A stretch of 63,478 nucleotides of DNA, counting the filler. It is 14 parts of 14 records of this genome, joined end to end, with 100 filler letters (N's around TTAATTAATTAA, not from the genome) between each part and the next. Parts side by side here need not be neighbours in the genome. Positions count along the whole stretch, not along the records: positions 45,714 to 52,210 come from SRR9670534_1314; positions 52,311 to 56,907 come from SRR9670534_1329; positions 57,008 to 61,056 come from SRR9670534_1332; positions 61,157 to 63,478 come from SRR9670534_1338; 10 more parts are not named here. One strand, written 5' to 3'. Numbering within the stretch: the stretch's first letter is position 1; each line of letters begins with the position of its first letter. This document shows positions 51,560 to 63,478 of this stretch, one piece after another. The notes under the pieces are model-generated. The model had not been told where the DNA came from. It was given only the letters and a program-made list of their open reading frames with translations, and made no database searches. Position numbers and translations under genes: made by a program.

Positions 51560-52331
51560 GGTAATCAATCATTGAATGATTGCTAATCATCCATGTGCCT
51601 TTATTACATATGAGTATACAATATAAGTATAGATACAGTGTATTTCTTCATTTAGTTTGTTAATTATTGGATACTGTTACATTAATGTATTTTTTCTTAT
51701 TAATATTTTCAGTTATGATATAATATTAATGTTATTGTAGTGAATATTAGTTATATCGTATCAAAACGATCTAATATCTCTGTGACATCCGTCCATGTCA
51801 TTTTCGTTAAAGAAATAGATGTGTAATAAATTTTGTAGCATTTTCTATCATAACCTGATCAATAATTTACAATAGTATATGCAAATTACAATTATTCGTG
51901 TTCACCAAATATTGTGTAATTAAAGCATTGTACAAGTAGGGCCAAACTGTGACAGTAGTAAGCACTGGGCCAACTGTTTTCTCTCGAAATGAATCATCAG
52001 TTTCAATGACTCATCCTGCTAGTTGGCAGAGTCTAAACTTATAAAATGACTTCATAATGCCAGGGTAAATACTGGTGCATGGCATGCTATGACAACATAT
52101 ATACTAATGGAAAGTAAATATATTGCATAGCTCATTGCTTTCATTTGTGTCTGCTTTGGTATTGAGGTATTGAGTTTTAGTCATTATTATTACTATTATT
52201 ATTAATAATANNNNNNNNNNNNNNNNNNNNNNNNNNNNNNNNNNNNNNNNNNNNTTAATTAATTAANNNNNNNNNNNNNNNNNNNNNNNNNNNNNNNNNN
52301 NNNNNNNNNNAAGTATAATAAGGAAGCATAC

Positions 52332-55300
52332 GTGACTTTCAATGCTGTATCTAAGTATTCCTGGTTGAGTTAAACGTTCCATGTTATGAAGAACAATATT
52401 TGGCGGAATTTCTCCAAAAGAAAAGACCTCCCAAAGAAAAGTGCCATAGGAAAATATATCACTAGCACAGGTTATTTTTTTCATATCCTCATACAATTCT
52501 GGGGCTATCCATGAATATCTAAAGTAAGAGAGATAAGTGATGACAAAAACGATATATTTTAATTAATCTTAATTATAATAACATATAATTAAAATTTGTA
52601 CATAGAAATATATAAAACCTCATATTTCTTACCTTTCTTGATTATGAGGATCATCTACAGGTAATTTTGACAACATGTCAACCATGCCTGGATCACCAAG
52701 CTTAACTAGCAAATGGTAATTTGTGTCACCACATACAAATACATTGCGACATTGAATATTTCCATGGACATAGTTATTTTCAGCCTAAAGTAACAACACG
52801 CTTGTTTTCTCAATATGAACGTTTTATATTTAAGTTACATTTTTCACATATTTTAAATAATACTAACCAGATATAGGAGGGCATTAGCGACAGAAGTTGC
52901 AACCCTTAACAACCTTGAAGGACTTAACATGGATGCACCTGTCTTAGCTGCATTGACCAAATACTGTGTCAGATTAAGTTCACAAGATTCCATGACTAAT
53001 CTAACAGAACCCCTAACAAAGTATAAACAGTAGCTCTGCAAAATATTGGGGTTTTTCCAAAAGGAAAAGCGTTCAACTGAACTAATAAAATCGGCAAGAT
53101 GTAAATGGGCAAAGTCATCTTTCAACGCCTTGACAGCAACAGTTTTGACAAGGCCCTCATGCTCCCATTGACCTTTCCTAATTATAGTGAACTTTCCTTC
53201 CCCTAAAATGAAACATATGCATAACTGCGTATTTTTCATTTAAATTCATACCAATGTTCGTATCAGCTACAATACGCACGCAATCTGGATGCACGCATGG
53301 TATCGACTGTTGGTGCTTCCTGACAGGGCGATAGACTTGGCTATATGTCTCGCTGGTACTGCTACTTTGGCAAGACAAATCCATTTGCCTGCCATTTAGC
53401 ATCATTTCACTAGTTGGAATAAAACTCTTTGACATCGATGCTGAGGTCCTTGTGAAAAGCGGAACTGAAAACACATACAGGCTCTTGCACTATGCATAAC
53501 ATACATAATAGTTATAGGTCGATCTATAACTCAATCATACATAAATTATGTAACATAATAACCCACATCATCATCATGAACTACATAAGTATACTGTAGT
53601 CATAAAAGCAAATGTTTCAAAGTCAAAGCAAAAATAATTTCAATTATTAAATGAACAATTTAACTTTTAAACTTTCAAATTATTCATATTCTAATAAAAT
53701 TTTAAAAGTTCTTTAAAGTCCTCACTATTTTAAAGTTCACGACATTAAAACTGTTATAATTTATGAAATTGTTATACAAACTTTTAATTACTTTTAGTTT
53801 TAAAATGAAAAACTAAATGAACTGTAAATCTTTGTTAAACTAAGTGATCACTGAAAGAATGTAAATTACATTATGTAATACAAAAATATTGTAGCAACAT
53901 TGTAGTAATATTTATAACATAACAATTATATTCTAACTGAGTTTTAATAAAAAATAAAGAAAAAGTTGACAATATTAAAATGATTATACAAACTCTTTTA
54001 ATTGTTTTTAGTTGTAAAACTAAATGAACTATAAATATTTACAACATAAGAGTTACATTCTGTACTGATTTTTAATAAAAAAGAAATTAATGAAAAATTG
54101 GTTATTAAACTTTCAAAAACTAAACTTTTAATTTTGGAAAGCGTTGCTTAAGTAACTAATTAGAACATCTAATTAGAAAAAATCAACATTAAATTTAACT
54201 AAAATAACATCAACAGAAAGTAACTGTTTTGCAATTGTTAATACAGTAATTAAAATACATAGATGCCATATGCATACCGTTTTTGACCAGAAATCTCTGT
54301 CCCAACTTAAACTGTTCATGCTTTCGATAGACAGCCAGTAACTCAGCTAATTTTAAACGAGGCTTGCTGCTGCTCCTACTGTTACTGCCACCACCATCTG
54401 GGGAAGTTGAAGAGTAGTTATTATCCTCTCTCAACTCATATCTGTCCTTAACACCCATTACGGGATCAATGTGGATCAGTCGATATCCGTCATCACCATA
54501 TAACTGGAGAACCAAGTAACGGTTATACTTTTCCCTATCCTGGAACAAGAGGTAGTAAGTATCAATTTGGTCAGCCTTGGATTTTTCCAGCAGCTTCCTG
54601 TACATGAGTGAACAGCTAAAGTTGACACTTTTAATTATATAAATTAACACCACATAATTATAATAACTGGACTACTGAACAAATTGATCTCTTAGTTACT
54701 TTCATTACTACAATATGTACACAGTATATACTTTATGTATACACACGTGCTGCACATACTTAGTCACAGGCCCATGGCATTTCAGTTTTTCCAGCAATCT
54801 TCGATAATTACTAGATTCAACTCTTGAGCAAATAAGACGATGGAAGTCAACATACAGTTTCACATAGCCTGCTATACAACTAATAAAGCTCTCACAAATG
54901 GTACGAGATTCAAATGAAAATGTCTACAATGATTTTGCATAAAAATAATCGTTATTTACTAAGTGAAGCAAGGCTGATTATTACAAATGATTAGTTGACT
55001 AGCTAGCTAAATTAGTTAGTAGTAGTCAGTATTGCGGATGGAAGGACTTACTTTTGGTCCACGATCTTCGGATTTGAACTGCACGATAACTTGAATGGAC
55101 GGAAAATAGCCGTGCTTTCCACTTCGTCTGGTAAAGTCTTTGCTTGATGACAAATGGTTTCGCAACGCTTCTTCCAACACATCAATTCTGTCCACGTCGT
55201 CAATATCGCATATCTGCATCAAGTCAGTACATAATTAAATTATTGAGCAGGTATTTTACTACATGTAATTAATTACATTAGCCCGTTACAATAACGATCA

Positions 55301-56155
55301 AACACGCACCTTGCGATAGTCGCTTTTTTCGTTACAACGAGACAAGATACCGTTGTGAACATCGATGCAAATTTCCTCCACTTGTCTGGAGAGCATTGTA
55401 AAACTTTGATAAAACTCAACGCAATGACCATAATTTTTATCAAATTCACGAATGTGCTCCATGTAGCTCAACTTAATGTCATCAACAGTTTTCCCCGTTT
55501 CTACCACTTGTTCCTTCATTTTGCGTAACGTTTTTCTTACAACTCGCAAGAAACGAGAATGATCCAAGAATCTGTACTTCCGCATCCAACCAAGGCTGTA
55601 TCTTGGCAAGAATTCTTTATATTTCTTGCAAAGGGAACCTATATCTGTTTGGTACTGCAAATGACACCTGAGAAGATCTAAACAACACAATTTTGCACAA
55701 TACTCTGTCTTTTGAATATTGACTAAACCGTCCAAATAATCTTTTCGGTATTGAAAGAAAAGATAATTGAAAGACGAATGATGGAACGTCCGAAGATGTC
55801 GCAGATCCCAAAAATAGAATCGCAATCGAAATTCAAACACAAAAGGAGGCACATCTTCATCGTCAGGCAAATAAATTTCCCCGGATGGTGGCAAAAAATA
55901 TGTAGGATTATTTGATTTCGTAATAGCTTCTTTAAGTCCAAATAAATGGTAGCAAACCGGATCTATTCCAGCTTGAAGAGATGCTTCCAAGATTATGTCA
56001 TCAACTTTAAGTCTGCTTCTGTTCTTGTACTGAAGTATACAATGCTTATTGTCTTTATCCCTTCGGTACAAAAATACATGAAGACTTCCACTGCTGGCAA
56101 TGGCAGCGTCTTTGTAGGACAATCCAAGGATTGGAATCTTTTCAACTTCATACAT
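52332..56155 (-). CDS. JAK: Janus kinase (FERM, SH2-like, pseudokinase JH2); JH1 beyond the contig
   Basis: FERM (AGIDPVCYHLFGL, FRLRFYF, FNYLFFQYRKDY), IAGYVKL, CHGP, an SH2-like exon, and a pseudokinase with LGEGKFT, VAVK, HGN (not HRD), KLGDPG (not DFG), WIAPE, DIFSYGTFLWEVFS. Confidence 0.9.
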
Positions 56156-57049
56156 GGTTCTCAGCAGACAACAACATGTTCATCATTTCTCGTGGTCAAA
56201 AAGCTGAAATGAGAAGCAAGCAATTAGGCTCTATTATGAATATATAAGAGTGAGAAAATCATCATCATTGACGAGAAAGTATGTCTTGCACCACAATGCA
56301 ATAGTATGGCCAAAAGTGGGTTTCAGGCCCAAATAACGGACTATTTATTAACATTTTTAACTCAATCGATCATGATTATCATAACAAAAAGTTTCTCTTA
56401 TGAGATTATTATTATTAACATTTTCTGGGTGCATTTCTCCACACATATATTCTAAGTACCAATAAGAAGTTACACTGAATTATTAAAGTATAGCAAACAT
56501 GCATACACTTTACTCGTACGATCGGATACACATACATACGAAGCAATATTGTACAATTGCACTACGTTTATATATGACGCTTGGTTATCCATCATTTAAA
56601 AAAGTCACTTCATAACAAACTGTTTGGTAACTGCAGTGTGTCAGATATAAGAGAAATATGGGTATAGCCAAAAATACATCTGTATTTTTGATCATCAGCA
56701 AGACCATAACAAATCAGTCGCCCAGCACTAAGAGAGCTCATATTTACTAATATGCATAAGGCATAAATAGCTGAAGTTACTTCAACGAAGTATTAATAAT
56801 AATGTGTACTGTAATAATAAGCAATTATAGTTGATTTCAGTCTGGTTAGTGGCTACATTTTATTATTAATAATAATTACAATCATAATAATGATCATATT
56901 ATTATTANNNNNNNNNNNNNNNNNNNNNNNNNNNNNNNNNNNNNNNNNNNNTTAATTAATTAANNNNNNNNNNNNNNNNNNNNNNNNNNNNNNNNNNNNN
57001 NNNNNNNCGACATCTAGATGTGTATTTGTAGAGCTTAATAATTAACCCA

Positions 57050-57166
57050 AAATCAAGTTGAAAAAGACGTGTATTATCCACGACTTGGGGTCAGGGCTTG
57101 AACATTAGCAATACATACACGACAAATATAGCTAATGTTCAAGCCCTGACCCCATTTACATCAATG
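57050..57166. repeat. Palindromic repeat element, copy 1 (perfect 24-bp inverted repeat)
   Basis: TGGGGTCAGGGCTTGAACATTAGC (57086-57109) / GCTAATGTTCAAGCCCTGACCCCA (57131-57154), preceded by AAATCAAGTTGAAAA, which is shared with copy 2. Confidence 0.75.
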
Positions 57167-57528
57167 CATATCACATGTAATGATATGTTATGTTATGCTA
57201 CTTTTACAACTTGTACGGTGTTACGTAATACTTTAAAAAAATTAATTTAAATTTGATTACCTATCGTTAATATTTAATATTATTCATAAAACTATAAAAA
57301 TTGTCAACGGATTAACACGTAAATACATCTGCTGCTATTTCTACAACTGTATACAACTTGTATAATACAACAGTATGCATAAGTATATGTAGTTTGTACT
57401 ATTGAATAATTGAAAAAGCCAAGTCAGTAGTTTATAATTAATTCATAAATTATGCTAATAAGAAATTAATGAGGTGGCTTGCGAACGACTTATACATAGT
57501 TCATTGCACTTAAGCAAATATGACATAC

Positions 57529-60549
<3,021 letters not shown>

Positions 60550-60762
60550 GTTGACGGAAACTACTACTGAAGATTACTACATGAAAAATACATACATATA
60601 CATACATATCACCATATGTATAAAGAAATATGTACATAGGTATGTAGTACATACCTACTATGTACAGTATATACCTAGGTACGTACGTACCTACCTACTT
60701 ACTTTAGTAAAATATACATGTACCTAGGTATTATGTACATACTTACACTACCATAATAAGTA

Positions 60763-60903
60763 CAGTATAACGAAAAATCACAATGACCATATTCGTTATA
60801 ACAGGGAATTCGTTACATCGGTAGAAATTTGTATGGATTTATCTACAAAAATCAAACACAATCATTTCGTTATAAGGGAGATTTGTTATAACGGAGCTTA
60901 CTG
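60763..60903. mobile_element. Tigger/pogo-like MITE remnant
   Basis: TA|CAGTA...GTTATAACGGAGCTTACTG|TA with repeated TTCGTTATAA subterminal motifs. Confidence 0.55.
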
Positions 60904-61527
60904 TATGCAAGTACATATGGTGCATACCATGGTAAGCTAGCTAATAAGTAAGAACTGATCATACTTAGCTGCTATATTTGAGTAAGCATGTACATTATAT
61001 ACAGAACATAGTATGTTCAACATACCTAATAGTGTTGGTCTGATATATCGTATCATNNNNNNNNNNNNNNNNNNNNNNNNNNNNNNNNNNNNNNNNNNNN
61101 TTAATTAATTAANNNNNNNNNNNNNNNNNNNNNNNNNNNNNNNNNNNNNNNNNNNNGACTTTATTGACTATTTTGGATTCTAATTCGTACTTAATCAAAT
61201 ATTATTAATTAAGTGAATTATGGTGTATTCATTAATAATAATACCCCAACACAAAAAACATATACTCTAAGTTATTATTATTGTATTACTTATTAATAAT
61301 AAACAACTGTACACACTAGGGAATATTTCTCTGTCACAGAGCCTCTGTGGTACAATACATTGTGGTACGTAGTACGTGGATGCCTAAATTGAAGATTTGT
61401 ATAGGAAGGTCAGAAAGTAGAGTTGTACAGTAATTTTCAAGCCTATTTTACGCGTGTTTATACCGTACATAACATATGCACATAGTTAAAATTAAAATAC
61501 GACTCAAAACGTAAAAACTATACAAAC

Positions 61528-63379
61528 CTGAAAATGGCATTATTATTGCTAGCGTATGTTTCGGGTTTACTCAAGTCTTCAAGTTTTCTCTCAGTATATT
61601 TCAGTCTCTTTTTAATGTTTTCTACATTACGCAGTAGCTCTTCCCGTGAATCCATTACTGACACATTTGTACTATCAAGAAGAACGTATTACAGTACCAT
61701 TGTTCCTTTTGCAGCATTATAATTAACTCGAAGGCAACCTATCATGTAAATACCAACCACATTATTAATAGGCAATAATAGCATACTTTAAGTAATACTG
61801 TACATCAGGACTTATGTAAAATAAGTAATGCAATACTATTGAATAGCAAATGCTACGTATTATAATACAGTTCCATCTAGGTTATTGTGTTTAACACAAT
61901 GTGTTACATAATTTGCGTATGTATTAGGTAATTGTTTTATGTAATTGCATTACGCATGCTATTGATATGTAACTGCATTAGGCATGCTATTGTGCTACGT
62001 ACATGTGCACGGAGAGCATGGTGTATTTGTTCTACGTAATTTCCTTATGCTTTACATACACAATTTATATGCCAGGTACTGTACCTAAAGCATACAGAGC
62101 ATTACGTGCTTTATGTAAGTACTGTACAGTGTACATAGCTTAGGTAAAATTCTGCAGGATCTACGTACACCAATATTCTGCATAAGCATATACAAATATA
62201 TAATAAATTTCATAACGATAAAAACAACGTATGACATAGTTATGTTAGGTAGTTACCTATGTATTTTACGTATGTATGTGTTTCGTAATACGTATGTATG
62301 TATTTACGACGTAAATTTTACGTATGTATTATTCTACACTTCTTCATATTAGGTACAATTGTAATTATTGTGATTACTAATCGCAATTATAATAAATAAT
62401 AAAAAAAAGAAAACGAATGATGTCATTGCAATAATAATAAGTAGATTCATTGGAAGACATTTCTGCAAGATATGTATAGGTACAAAGTGCAGTACATATT
62501 TCTAAGTTAGGAATTCTAACGTCCAATGTCCGTATATGTACCATACGTAAGTACTAATATGTAGTGAATGTATATCAAGGACTCCTTAGGAGTAATATGC
62601 CATATTAATAATTATTAAATATTCAATAAAAAAATTCTTAATGAGGTTGTAACTTCCATTGTCCAGTACGTATTAAATGGTGATTGCATAAGTATCAAGG
62701 AGACTCCTTGAAGGAGTAATAAGTACATATGCTATACATGTGGTCATTTTTCATCAACCAATTCAACCAATTCTTCATAAGCAGTCAACTGATTCGAGGT
62801 TATCTTTTCGTATACTTCTTTGATTTTATTGCAAGGATATTATAGTTGGTTTAATATCCTTGTTTTATTGAGCAGTGAAAGTTTCTCTTTCAACAGGATT
62901 TCCTTGTTGCAGAGTTCCAGAGAAAGTTTAGCGTTTTCAGATCCCAAGAGCTGCATCTCTTTATTTGCCCTTTCGATAAAATCCTGCATTTTCTCCTTGT
63001 TATTTTCACGCAAATCGTATGGTTTCGGAGAATGATCATTGTGTTCCTTGAAACAGCATTCAACACACAAAATCTTCATACACTGCTTGCAATAGAATGT
63101 TCGTTTCAATCCATGCTCAGCGCACAGGTCACTTTTCTTGTTTGATTCATTTGTCGACAAATACGTAAATGGTGCGATGTCTTCAAGGGTACGATCCTTG
63201 TTAAATTTGACAGATTGTTGGCAAAATGGACATCTCGTAGAATCTGATCTCGCCGAGATTCGGTTAATACAAGTCAAGCATATCCGAATGCTACAATTTG
63301 AGCAGATTTGCTGTTGGTCAGAATATTCTTCACAAACCGTACAGGATAAAACTTCGCTAATCGATGCTGCTGCAGCCAT
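61528..63379 (-). pseudogene. TRIM-like RING / B-box2 / coiled-coil gene, apparently disrupted
   Basis: RING-like CTVC...CSNC...CLTC...CPFC, B-box2 CAEH...YCKQC..LCVEC...EH..H, then a coiled coil. TAA at 62840-62842 is followed by in-frame coiled-coil-like codons and a TGA. A further exon at 61671-61528 (REELLRNVENIKKRLK). Confidence 0.6.
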
Positions 63380-63478
63380 AGGTACATGTAGCTCTTATTA
63401 TGTATGTACGTTGCTTGTTTTGGTTGTTTACTTACCTACATGAGCGTATATGTGAAAAAGTGTACATAGGTAGGTAAT

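Overview
This is AT-rich animal (invertebrate, probably bilaterian) nuclear DNA. It is not one locus: 14 short contigs (about 2.3-6.5 kb) are joined by 13 artificial 100-bp linkers (44 N + TTAATTAATTAA + 44 N), so adjacency across linkers has no biological meaning. The DNA is gene-dense, with many 50-80 nt GT-AG introns. Genes reconstructed by eye: a CNBD2-like cNMP-binding protein, an orphan histone H1, a type-III-like classical cadherin, EXTL3, the last exon of NDUFA12, pantothenate kinase, RPL6, a very divergent aquaporin-like gene, a type II tandem-pentraxin protein, myosin VIIa, an atypical Ly6-like GPI protein, DCP2, a ZER1/ZYG11-like LRR protein, TPC2, PPP4R4, a JAK, Na+/K+-ATPase alpha and a disrupted TRIM-like gene. 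Several MITE- and Helitron-like relics are also present. The most notable observations are: (1) a duplicated alternative last exon of myosin VIIa that adds a PPxY motif and a PDZ-ligand-like tail; (2) an intact Lys/Ser-rich CPCC micro-gene nested antisense in a cadherin intron; (3) an aquaporin-like gene lacking both NPA motifs; (4) a family of palindromic AATGTTCAAGCCCTG elements in three Na-pump introns; (5) a novel secreted Cys-repeat gene with a single in-frame TAA. All homology calls come from recalled motifs, not database searches. Exon boundaries were read manually and may be off by a few nt.
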